Shown here one piece after another: positions 19,984-28,990 of a DNA stretch of 64,000 nt. This DNA is from Ignavibacteria bacterium (GTDB taxonomy: Bacteria; Bacteroidota; Ignavibacteria; Ch128b): the NCBI GenBank assembly GCA_013177855.1, contig JABLYA010000001.1:417231-481230 (forward strand). Reading direction: 5' to 3'. Positions within the stretch are counted from its first letter, which is position 1. The number at the start of each line of letters is the position of its first letter. The position numbers were made by a program, and so were the translations under genes. The notes under the pieces were generated by a model. It saw only the letters and a program-made list of their open reading frames with translations, searched no databases and was not told where the DNA came from.

Positions 19984-21696
19984 TTAATAGACAACTGTTA
20001 CAATTTTTGCAACCTGTTCTGTTTTAGCATCTGCTTCAACTAAAACCTGTACAATATATGGTCCTGGTCGAACTGTCTTACCATTTTCATCTTTACCATC
20101 CCATACAAATGAATTTTGTGCAATAAATGCTGCTGCTCCAGAAGTTGAATTATAAAATTCTCTCACAAGTCTACCTTGTAAATCATAGATCAGAATTTTT
20201 AATTTTCTTAATTCACCACCGACAAGACTTCTTGGTTCAGCAATATTTGCAAGGAAAAAAGAAAGAACAGTTTGATCATTAATTCCATCGCCATTTGGTG
20301 TAAATGGATTTGGTTCTACTTTAAAATCAATAATTAATTTCGGAGGAACTCCTGTTGTAACAATACTCCAATTTTCAAGTCCACCAAATTTTTTTGTATC
20401 AACTCTCTGTGGATTGTCAGGACTTTGTTTACTATGTAGATAAGAAACAAATCTATTCACACCTAAAAATGGCGTGCATTTTAATGTAGCCTCAAAAGTT
20501 ATTGATGTTGTAATTGGAGACTGTGGAATAATTACAATCTTGTTCGCATAAATCTCTGCTGAGTATTGAATCGGATTATTATCAAGTTTTACTCCAAGTA
20601 ATTGTGTCGGTGTAGGAGTAAAAATCGTAATTGTATCAATTGGATAATCAGTTGGAGATTTATTGATTACGATTTTGTAAGAAAAAGTATTTTCCTGCAA
20701 GATTGGTGAATATTGAGGACTGATTGTTGCATCAGTTGATTGAGCGATTAAAGTCTTATCAAAGAAAATTTCAACTTCATCTACTTTGGGAGTTTGTAAT
20801 GTTAATGTTCCCAGTCTGACCTGATATTGAACATATCTCCTCGGTTCATAAACTGGAAGTTGTGTTCCGGAGATCGTAGTTGAATCTTCATTCCAATTAC
20901 TCCAGGTTGTATCAACTTTTGGAGTATTTCCTGTTCTCATTCGCAGAGAGATTTGAGTACCTTCAGGTTGTTCTGCCTTCCATGTAATTTTTGACCAGTT
21001 AACCGGTTGACCTGCATCGAGAACCTTTGAAGTGAAATATCCTTCAGGTAAATAACCTTTTCCAAAAACTTCAATTTCCGAAATAACTGTACTTTGAACT
21101 TGATCAATTACATCAATTGTAATTTTCAAGAAACGAATTTCAACTACTCTATCGAAATAATCATCTGTTACACCTAAAGTATTTTCCGGAACTTGAACAA
21201 GTTTTTCCATAGAAAGAGTATCAAGTCCGCCATAAATTGTATAAGCTCTAACTCGAAGGTTGGTTGGAATATTTGTAGGACCACCGGGATAAAATCCAAG
21301 CTGCCAGATTCTTACTCTATTGACAGCACGAACAGCTTGAAGATCAATTACGATGTAAGTCCCTTCTCCACCTGGCCCAGCATTTAAAGAAAGAATTTGA
21401 ACATATGAAGGTGAGAAAAATTTTCCATCGATTAGTTTTAAAGCATTTCTAGCGGCAGTATCAGGTGGAAGATTTCGGCTTTTATACACAATGTAAGCAT
21501 ATTTATTTCGAGCAAGATTTTCATTCTCACCTGTTTGAAGAAGAAGTTTTCCCTGTTCAGTTTTCCAGTCGACTGCGGAAGTTAAAGTTGAGTCAACAGA
21601 GAAATCGTTCCAGGTTGTATCTTTTATTGAGAATTGGCTATGAAGAAGAGAAGAAGTAAGAATGGTTATTACAATTGCGAGTTTAAGTTTTTTCAT
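19984..21696 (-). CDS. Secreted protein with discoidin-like N-terminal region and T9SS type B (CHU_C/gliding-associated) C-terminal domain
   Basis: 570 aa. Signal peptide. C-terminal EPNPFTPNGDGINDQ...LKILIYDLQGRLVREF...FVWDGKDENGKTVRPGPYIV matches the type B sorting-domain signature. First gene of the cluster, about 115-nt upstream gap. Confidence 0.65.
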   Translation of the reverse strand: MKKLKLAIVITILTSSLLHSQFSIKDTTWNDFSVDSTLTSAVDWKTEQGKLLLQTGENENLARNKYAYIVYKSRNLPPDTAARNALKLIDGKFFSPSYVQILSLNAGPGGEGTYIVIDLQAVRAVNRVRIWQLGFYPGGPTNIPTNLRVRAYTIYGGLDTLSMEKLVQVPENTLGVTDDYFDRVVEIRFLKITIDVIDQVQSTVISEIEVFGKGYLPEGYFTSKVLDAGQPVNWSKITWKAEQPEGTQISLRMRTGNTPKVDTTWSNWNEDSTTISGTQLPVYEPRRYVQYQVRLGTLTLQTPKVDEVEIFFDKTLIAQSTDATISPQYSPILQENTFSYKIVINKSPTDYPIDTITIFTPTPTQLLGVKLDNNPIQYSAEIYANKIVIIPQSPITTSITFEATLKCTPFLGVNRFVSYLHSKQSPDNPQRVDTKKFGGLENWSIVTTGVPPKLIIDFKVEPNPFTPNGDGINDQTVLSFFLANIAEPRSLVGGELRKLKILIYDLQGRLVREFYNSTSGAAAFIAQNSFVWDGKDENGKTVRPGPYIVQVLVEADAKTEQVAKIVTVVY

Positions 21697-21811
21697 TTTG
21701 TATTTCAGCTCTATAGTTTTTGTTTATTAAACTATCACAAAATTAATAAGCAGTTAAAATTAAAAAAATTTACAATACACAATTAACTATAAAAACCGGT
21801 CTTGATGATTT

Positions 21812-22768
21812 CTAAAGGAGTAAAACTCCACTCTCCATTATTACAATATCATCAACAAGTACGGTGGGCTTTTTGACTAATCCATCAAGATGAATTGGAA
21901 CATTAATATTTCCACCCATTGAAATATTATTTCCAAATGCAATGTGAATGGTTCCTAAAACTTTTTCGTCTTCTAAAATCTGTCCAATAATTTTCGCTTT
22001 ATAATTAGTACCTATTCCAAACTCACCAACTGCTCTTGCGTCTTTTCCAACTTTGTCTAACATTTTCTGAAATTTTTTTGCTTCAGTTTTGCCGATAATT
22101 TTTTCTGCGTATCCATCTTTAACAGTAACTTTGATTGGATTCTTCAAGATACCAATTCCAGCCATTGAACCATCGAAAACAATTACACCATTAGTTGAGC
22201 CTTCAACTGGAGCAAGATAAACTTCTCCTGATGGAAGATTTCCACTTTCACCTTTATTTCTCAAAACTCCAGTGCTTGGAATAATTTTTCTTCCTTCGAT
22301 GTTCATTTCAACATCGGTTCCATTTTTTGAAATGACTCTAATCACTTTAGAATTTTCAAGAGCGTTCTTGACTGAGTTTGTTAATTCAACAACTTTTTTC
22401 GAATCAGCTGATAAACATCTGATCATTGTTGATTTGCTTATGCCCGGCATAGTTGCAACTCTAGCGCCAGCTTTGACAGCTTCTCTTCTAGCATTTGTAT
22501 GAGTTAAAGATTTTGCAGTTGGGCAAACTACTACATCAAATTTTTTCATTAACTCTGCAATTTGTTCTGGTGGTTCTTCACCATTCATTTCTCTCGATTT
22601 CATTTCAACATAAACAGCTTCTTTACATAATTTCTTTCCAACTTCAAATAGCGAGTAACCAATTTCTTTTTCAATCTCATCAGAAATTACTAATAACGTC
22701 TCTTCTTTTTGAAGACCGAGTAAATCTCTTAATGCGATTAATGAACTTTTTTGTAATTCCTTATTCAT
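21812..22768 (-). CDS. M29-family (AmpS/PepS-like) aminopeptidase
   Basis: 318 aa. ...EVYLAPVEGSTNGVIVFDGSMAGIGIL...GTIHIAFGNN... resembles thermophilic metalloprotease M29. Family assigned from memory. Confidence 0.5.
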   Translation of the reverse strand: MNKELQKSSLIALRDLLGLQKEETLLVISDEIEKEIGYSLFEVGKKLCKEAVYVEMKSREMNGEEPPEQIAELMKKFDVVVCPTAKSLTHTNARREAVKAGARVATMPGISKSTMIRCLSADSKKVVELTNSVKNALENSKVIRVISKNGTDVEMNIEGRKIIPSTGVLRNKGESGNLPSGEVYLAPVEGSTNGVIVFDGSMAGIGILKNPIKVTVKDGYAEKIIGKTEAKKFQKMLDKVGKDARAVGEFGIGTNYKAKIIGQILEDEKVLGTIHIAFGNNISMGGNINVPIHLDGLVKKPTVLVDDIVIMESGVLLL

Positions 22769-22778
22769 TTTTTCTCTC

Positions 22779-24104
22779 TCAATTTCTTAAAATTAAATTT
22801 TTCTCTTCAACTCGAAGCAAGTAAGAGAATAACAAACCAGAAAAACCAAGCACTGAAAAAATCCACATACCCGGAATATATCCTTGCGGATTTGCTGCAC
22901 TCGCACCAAACAAATCATTGCTGTATCCAATTATCAAATTAAATGAAAACAGACCAATATTTTGAATCATTGTCATCAATCCGTAAGCAGTTCCCAATTT
23001 TGAAGAATCAACAACCAGAGCAACATAAGGCCACATCACTGCTGGAATAAGTGAAAATGCGATGCCCATCATTGACATTGGAATAATCAAATAAAAAGGA
23101 ATTGAAGTGTGAATATCGAAGAAATCAAGATTTATATTTATACTTCCGCTTAACCCGAGCGGAGATGCAAGATCAACTTTGTAAGCCATTATCAAATAAA
23201 CAGGAATAATCAAAAACGAGCCAAACATCATCAAATAAGATTTTTTCTTTACTCGATCAGCAAGTAAACCAAAAAGCGGAGTGAAAATCATTGCCGACAA
23301 AGTCAAAATGCTTGAAAGATTCCCACCTACTTCTCTTGATGTTCCATGAACTTCCTGGAAAAATTTTATTGCAAATGTTTGAAATGGAAACATTGCTGAA
23401 TAAAAAGTCACACACAATGCTGAAATAAACCAGAACGCTTTTCCAAATCCGAAAATTTCTTTCAATACAACTTTGTCTTGATTTCCTTCTGGGGGCAATT
23501 CATATTTCTTTGAGCTGGCTAAATCAATAAAATAATAAATCAAGATAAAAACTAGAGCTGAAACACCAGCATAAAAAGAAATCCATAACGGTTTTTGCCA
23601 GTAATCATAAAAATGTTTTGCCCAGGTTGGTGAGTTGAGAGCCATAAAAGAACCAAGTCGTGCAAGAGTTAAATTCAATCCAAAAGCAAATGAAAGTTCT
23701 TTACCCTTAAACCATCTTGCAATAATTGTAGTAATTGCAACGATCATAGACTCAGCACCAAGTCCAAAAAGTAATCGACCCGATGCCATTACAAAAATAT
23801 CTCCCTTAACAGCAGTAAGAAGAGAACCAAGCATTAAAAGAGTTGTAAAGATCAAAACTGCTTTTCTTGTTCCAATTCGATCAATTATAATTCCACCAAT
23901 CAAAACCATAATAACATTTGGAAAACTATAAATCGCATTAAGCAAACCAATATTTGAGTCAGAAAATCCAAGTTGAGTTTTTAATAAATCAGCTAATGGA
24001 CTAATGCTGTCATAGATATAATAATTACCAAACATTGCAAGGCTTATAAATAGCCAGACAATCCATCTGATTGAAGCTGGTGGTTCTCTTCTTACCTGTT
24101 CCAA
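22779..24104 (-). CDS. MFS transporter
   Basis: 441 aa, about 12 predicted TM helices, MFS-like charge motifs between TM2 and TM3. Confidence 0.7.
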   Translation of the reverse strand: MEQVRREPPASIRWIVWLFISLAMFGNYYIYDSISPLADLLKTQLGFSDSNIGLLNAIYSFPNVIMVLIGGIIIDRIGTRKAVLIFTTLLMLGSLLTAVKGDIFVMASGRLLFGLGAESMIVAITTIIARWFKGKELSFAFGLNLTLARLGSFMALNSPTWAKHFYDYWQKPLWISFYAGVSALVFILIYYFIDLASSKKYELPPEGNQDKVVLKEIFGFGKAFWFISALCVTFYSAMFPFQTFAIKFFQEVHGTSREVGGNLSSILTLSAMIFTPLFGLLADRVKKKSYLMMFGSFLIIPVYLIMAYKVDLASPLGLSGSININLDFFDIHTSIPFYLIIPMSMMGIAFSLIPAVMWPYVALVVDSSKLGTAYGLMTMIQNIGLFSFNLIIGYSNDLFGASAANPQGYIPGMWIFSVLGFSGLLFSYLLRVEEKNLILRN

Positions 24105-24116
24105 ATTTCAATCTCC

Positions 24117-25577
24117 TTAATTTTTCGCAGGGATATTTTTCAGAACTTCTAATAATAAATCATAAAATTTTTCTACAGTACTTATCTGGACTCTTTCATC
24201 AGGTGAATGAGCACCCATAATGGTTGGACCAAAAGATATCATATCCATATTTGGGTATTTTTCTTTTATGATACCGCATTCAAGTCCAGCATGAATTGCT
24301 TTTACCTCAGGTTCTTTTCCATATTTCTTTTTATAAACTTCTTTCATCAGTTTCAAAATTTCTGAATTAATGTCTGGTTTCCATCCCGGATAACCATCGC
24401 CATGTTTTACTTCTGCATTTGCAAGTAGAAAGACACAACGATTCATAATCACGATATCTTCTTTTTCACTTTCTACTGAGCTTCGTTGACTTGTACCAAC
24501 AACAATTTGATCACCGAAAGTAATTGTAGCAAGATTTGTAGATGTCTCCACAAGTCCAGGTATATCAGCACTCATCTTTATTACTCCATGCGGAAGGGCA
24601 TAAAGAGCATTTAAAAGATTTATTTGTGTTGATTTGTCGATTACAAATTCGGGTAAATTTGATCGTTCAAATTCAACTTTTAAATCTGGTTCAACAGAAG
24701 AAAGTTCACTTTTCACAACTGTATTGTAATAATTGACGAACCCTTCAAGTTCATCAGCTCTGGATTTATTGACAACGATTTCTGCGAAAGCTTCTCTCGG
24801 GATTGCGTTTCTTTTACTTCCACCTTCAATTTTTGAAAGTCTTATATCAAATTGATTCTGAAGATTCCAGAGAAGTCTGCTCAAAATTTTAATTGCATTT
24901 CCTCTTCCGAGATGAATATCAAGTCCTGAATGTCCACCTTTAAGTCCTGTAACTTTTATTTTATATCCAAAAGAATTAGCTGGTAAATTTTCCTTTGAAT
25001 AAGAAAATCTGCCTTCCGTATCCTTTCCACCAGAACAGCCGATATAAAGTGCACCATCTTCTTCGGAGTCAAGATTTAGGAGAATTTCAGCGGTAACAAA
25101 TCCTGGTTTTAGACTGTTTGCGCCAGTTAAACCTGTTTCTTCATCAAGTGTAAAAAGAAATTCAAGCGGACCATGTTGAATATCTTTAGCTTCCATAATT
25201 GCAAGAGCAGCAGCAACACCAATTCCATTGTCCGCACCTAAGGTTGTGCCTTTTGCTTTTACCCAATCGCCTTCAACATAAGGTTGAATTGGATCGTTAT
25301 CAAAATCATGTTGAACATCACTGTTTTTCTCACAAACCATATCTAAATGTCCTTGCAGACAAACTGTTTTTAAATTTTCAAATCCTGGTGTAGCAGGCTT
25401 TTTAACTAATATACTGCCAAATGAATCCTGTTCGTAGGGCAATCCAAGTTTTTTAATCACAGACAAAACATATTCGACTACCTTAGATTCTTTTTTGGAA
25501 GGTCTTGGGTATTTACACAATTCACCAAAATATCTCCAGACAGCTTCGGGTTTAAGATTTGCTAATGCGTTTGACAT
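24117..25577 (-). CDS. pepD: Aminoacyl-histidine (Xaa-His) dipeptidase, M20C
   Basis: 486 aa. ...CLQGHLDMVCEKN...GTTLGADNGIGVAAALAIMEA...LFTLDEETGLTGA... are typical PepD motifs. Confidence 0.85.
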   Translation of the reverse strand: MSNALANLKPEAVWRYFGELCKYPRPSKKESKVVEYVLSVIKKLGLPYEQDSFGSILVKKPATPGFENLKTVCLQGHLDMVCEKNSDVQHDFDNDPIQPYVEGDWVKAKGTTLGADNGIGVAAALAIMEAKDIQHGPLEFLFTLDEETGLTGANSLKPGFVTAEILLNLDSEEDGALYIGCSGGKDTEGRFSYSKENLPANSFGYKIKVTGLKGGHSGLDIHLGRGNAIKILSRLLWNLQNQFDIRLSKIEGGSKRNAIPREAFAEIVVNKSRADELEGFVNYYNTVVKSELSSVEPDLKVEFERSNLPEFVIDKSTQINLLNALYALPHGVIKMSADIPGLVETSTNLATITFGDQIVVGTSQRSSVESEKEDIVIMNRCVFLLANAEVKHGDGYPGWKPDINSEILKLMKEVYKKKYGKEPEVKAIHAGLECGIIKEKYPNMDMISFGPTIMGAHSPDERVQISTVEKFYDLLLEVLKNIPAKN

Positions 25578-25579
25578 AA

Positions 25580-25951
25580 CTAACTCTCCTCTTTTTTAAA
25601 ATCTATGAACTGATGAAATTTTAATTGAGTAAAAAATTTTGAAAGTCTTTCTTCGATTGGTTGAATTTTTGCTCCAAATTTTTCTTCTAAAATTTGGGCT
25701 ATTTCTCCAACTTTTTTCTTCCCATCAATTTCAAGCCAGACTGCAGAGCCTATTTCATCGAGCTTGACTTTAAAGAATGGATACTTCAATCGAGGCATTA
25801 AGTGTCTGACCAAAAACTTATTTGTGAATTTGGGAATTAGAATTGTGATGAGGTTATTTTCAGATTTTTCGAAATCAAATTTTCTGATTGGAATGAGTTC
25901 CCAGAGATTTACTTCGACTTTTTCTTTTGATTTTCTTTTAAAGGATATCAT
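25580..25951 (-). CDS. PqqD-family (RiPP recognition element-like) protein
   Basis: 123 aa. ...VKLDEIGSAVWLEIDGKKKVGEIAQILEEKFGAKIQPIEERLSKFFTQLKFHQFI matches the PqqD/RRE pattern. 2-nt gap to pepD. Confidence 0.5.
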   Translation of the reverse strand: MISFKRKSKEKVEVNLWELIPIRKFDFEKSENNLITILIPKFTNKFLVRHLMPRLKYPFFKVKLDEIGSAVWLEIDGKKKVGEIAQILEEKFGAKIQPIEERLSKFFTQLKFHQFIDFKKEES

Positions 25952-26014
25952 TTCAATTTTTATTTAGTCCTATCAATGCTTTTATGAGAATTTCTAAAGT
26001 TCTAAGATTAACCC

Positions 26015-26031
26015 ATCGTAAAATTTACGAT
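26015..26031. promoter_or_regulatory. Perfect 17-bp palindrome ATCGTAAAATTTACGAT, 64-80 nt upstream of the PqqD-like/pepD operon; candidate operator
   Basis: Read directly from the sequence: the ATCGTAAA arm's reverse complement TTTACGAT follows after a single central A. Confidence 0.35.
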
Positions 26032-26104
26032 AGAATTAAACTCCTTAAAATTCAAAATCAATTTTTCAATATTCGATCAGAACCTGTTTATAGACAATCT
26101 AAAG

Positions 26105-26146
26105 CAAAAAAAATTTTGTCAGGTTGAGTATAACCCAACCTGACAA
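26105..26146 (-). terminator. Rho-independent terminator downstream of the OPT transporter gene
   Basis: 11-bp stem TTGTCAGGTTG/CAACCTGACAA with 9-nt loop, followed on the minus strand by AATTTTTTTTGC. Confidence 0.6.
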
Positions 26147-26179
26147 ATAAAAATTTAATTAATACAATTAAACAACATA

Positions 26180-28183
26180 TTACATCATTGCACTAGGTGG
26201 AGCTGGTTCATCGGGACGACCAGCATTCTTAATTGGAATTTGAACCAATAACCAGGCAATGAAGACAAACACAAGCAAGCTGATAGCAAATGTCGGTTGT
26301 TCAAAAATCTTAAATAGTGAAACCTCAAAGAAGGCAAATGCAGCAAATACTAATCCGATTAACGCTTCACCGGCAATTAAGCCAGCCGCAACCAATACAC
26401 CTGTATTCTCAACTCTTGCTCTCTGAGCTTCATTGAAATTCTTCTTATTATTAATCTGTTCAACTATACCTTTAATCAACCCACCGACGAAAATTGCAAA
26501 AGTTGTTTCAAGAGGTAAGTACATTCCAACTGAAACAAGCATTGGACTTCTGACCTGCATTAAGATAAATCCAAAGCCCATTAACATTCCAACAATAATA
26601 AGTGGCCAAGCCATCTCGCCTTTAACAATTCCCTGAGAAAGTAAAGCCATCAAACTTGCTTGAGGAGCTGGTAAATTCTTTCCGCCAAATCCTGTTCCAC
26701 CAGTATTAATATCACCCTGATGCAGAATTAAAAGTGGAATAAACATAACAAATGCGGCAAGTCCAACTCCAATTATATCACCAACCTGCATTTTCCAGGG
26801 AGTACCTCCAAGAATGTGACCAACTTTTAAATCCTGCAACATTTCACCAGCAACAGCAGCGGAAACGCAAACTACCGCAGCTACTCCAAGAACTGCTGCA
26901 ACTCCCGTTGTACCTTTCATTCCAAGAGCAACCATTAATAAAGCAGCGACAAGCAAAGTTGAGAGTGTTAATCCACTGATAGGATTATTACTTGAACCAA
27001 TAATGCCAACCAGATAACCCGAAACTGCCGCAAAGAAAAATCCGGCAATTACCATAACAATGGTCGCAACCAGTGCAGCAACAACATCCTGTGCGAAGTA
27101 ATTATAGATAAAGAATGTTGCAACTGCTGATAGTAAAATACCAAGCATTACCCATTTGAAATTGATATCTTGCTCTGTTCTGATTTCAACATGCTCACCT
27201 GTTGCAGCTTTCTTGACATCACTAATTGATCTCTTTATTCCAGTAAGTAAACTCTTCCTCATTCTGTAAAGAGTGTAACCAGCGCCTACCAACATTCCGC
27301 CTATTGCAATCGGTCTAACAATAAATCTCCAAACATTAATCGATAAATTAATCCAATCACTTTCTGCTGGATTTGGATTAGATGCAAGCAAAGAAGGTGC
27401 AAGGAAATAAGTAATAATTGGAACAAACAATCCCCATGCTAAAAGTCCACCACTGAAATTAAGTGAAGCTAATTTTGGACCAATAATATAACCCACACCG
27501 ATGTATGCAGGACTAACTCCGGGCGAGCTTAATAAAATACCACCTTGTGCAGTAGCTTCACCTGAGCTTCTTAAACCAATTGTAGTTTTAGAAAAATGAA
27601 CAAACTTTTCCCAGCTTTTTGCAAAGAAATTAAATTGACCGAGTGCTTGAATTAAAGCCCCAATCCCCATTGCACTAAATAAAAATTTTGCACCTGTTCC
27701 GCCGGTTCTTCCTGCTTTATGAATCTCACCAGCTGCAACAGATTCAGGGAATGGTAATTCTGCATCTTCAACCATAACTCTGCGAAGCAAAGCGACAAAC
27801 ATAATTCCAAGCACACCACCAACAAACATTATAATTGATGACTCAAGATAATGCTTCATTGTAAATTCGGGCCAAATACCAGCGATGAAAAATGCAGGGA
27901 TAGTGAAAATTGCACCTGCTGCAACTGATTCTCCAATTGACCCAACAGTACGAGCAAAGTTTTCTTCAAGAATTGACCCTTTCATTGCTCTCAAGAGAGC
28001 CATACCAATAACTGCTGCTGGATATGTAGCTGCTATTGTCATTCCAGCTTTGAGTCCCAGATAAGCATTTGCTGCACCAAGAACCACACACATTATCAAA
28101 CCAATTATCAAAGCCCGCACTGTAAACTCTGGAAGAGTTTTATCAGGTGAAACGAACGGAACATATTTTTTGCTTTCCGTCAT
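26180..28183 (-). CDS. OPT-family oligopeptide transporter
   Basis: 667 aa, about 16 TM helices. N-terminal ...FTVRALIIGLIMCVVLGAANAYLGLKAGMTIAATYPAAVIGMALL matches OPT-family proteins. Confidence 0.8.
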   Translation of the reverse strand: MTESKKYVPFVSPDKTLPEFTVRALIIGLIMCVVLGAANAYLGLKAGMTIAATYPAAVIGMALLRAMKGSILEENFARTVGSIGESVAAGAIFTIPAFFIAGIWPEFTMKHYLESSIIMFVGGVLGIMFVALLRRVMVEDAELPFPESVAAGEIHKAGRTGGTGAKFLFSAMGIGALIQALGQFNFFAKSWEKFVHFSKTTIGLRSSGEATAQGGILLSSPGVSPAYIGVGYIIGPKLASLNFSGGLLAWGLFVPIITYFLAPSLLASNPNPAESDWINLSINVWRFIVRPIAIGGMLVGAGYTLYRMRKSLLTGIKRSISDVKKAATGEHVEIRTEQDINFKWVMLGILLSAVATFFIYNYFAQDVVAALVATIVMVIAGFFFAAVSGYLVGIIGSSNNPISGLTLSTLLVAALLMVALGMKGTTGVAAVLGVAAVVCVSAAVAGEMLQDLKVGHILGGTPWKMQVGDIIGVGLAAFVMFIPLLILHQGDINTGGTGFGGKNLPAPQASLMALLSQGIVKGEMAWPLIIVGMLMGFGFILMQVRSPMLVSVGMYLPLETTFAIFVGGLIKGIVEQINNKKNFNEAQRARVENTGVLVAAGLIAGEALIGLVFAAFAFFEVSLFKIFEQPTFAISLLVFVFIAWLLVQIPIKNAGRPDEPAPPSAMM

Positions 28184-28478
28184 AACAACTCCTTTGATTT
28201 AGTTTTTGATGGGATTATTTTTTAAAGATTTGAATTCAACTCTCTCCTGATTTTTTAACTTTAAAAATTTTTTCAAATATATGGATGAATTTGACTGACT
28301 TCAAGAAGGGAGCAAAGTAATTCGTAAATAAGATTTAAGATTAGATATTTTCTTCAGATTAATTTCTTTGATCATAAATCTCTTTTGATATTAGTCAAAA
28401 GTTTGAATACATTTCTTTAAAAATAGAATCTTAAAAAATCTTAATTCATCTAATTGTAAAAAGTAATGGAGATTAAAT

Positions 28479-28859
28479 ATGTTAATACTAATTGGTGCAG
28501 AAGGAAAAGATTTGAACAGTAACGTCTCAATGAGATTTGGTCATTCAAATTACTTTTTAATTTTCAACACAGAGACCAAATCAGTAGAAGCGTATGAAAA
28601 TGTTGGTCACAACAAGAAACATGAAAATCTTAGAGAACTCATAAATAAAGGTGTTGAGGTAACCATAGTTGGCAATATTGGTCCTCATGCATTCGAAACA
28701 ATTAATACTTCCAGAAACAAAATTTATCTTGCTAGAAAAATGTCTGTGAAAGAAGCGATTGAAAAATTTTTAAAAGGTGAACTTAAACAATTAAGCGAAC
28801 CGACTGCCAAAAAAAGCATTGGCCATAAGCACAGTCATCATAATCATCATAATGATTAA
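28479..28859 (+). CDS. NifX/NifB-like dinitrogenase FeMo-cofactor-binding family protein with His-rich C-terminal tail
   Basis: 126 aa. ...GKDLNSNVSMRFGHSNYFLIFNTET...GVEVTIVGNIGPHAFETI... matches the NifX/NafY-like small protein pattern. Tail HKHSHHNHHND. Confidence 0.6.
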   Translation: MLILIGAEGKDLNSNVSMRFGHSNYFLIFNTETKSVEAYENVGHNKKHENLRELINKGVEVTIVGNIGPHAFETINTSRNKIYLARKMSVKEAIEKFLKGELKQLSEPTAKKSIGHKHSHHNHHND

Positions 28860-28990
28860 AAAATATTTTAAAGTATTGTTATAAAAAGTTTGTAAGAAAA
28901 TTCAAAAAAATTTGAAAACTACTGATCTGGCTTTTACGACAAACACTTAAAATTAGTTGAACGATTAATTAAAGAAGAAAAAAAACTAAA

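Noticed and set aside
21697-21811. Bacteroidota-type sigma-A promoter (TAnnTTTG) for the cluster at about 21739-21746 (minus strand TAATTTTG)
   Set aside because: Only a -7-like element was found. No convincing -33 TTTG at the proper spacing, and AT-richness makes chance matches likely. Not listed as a feature.
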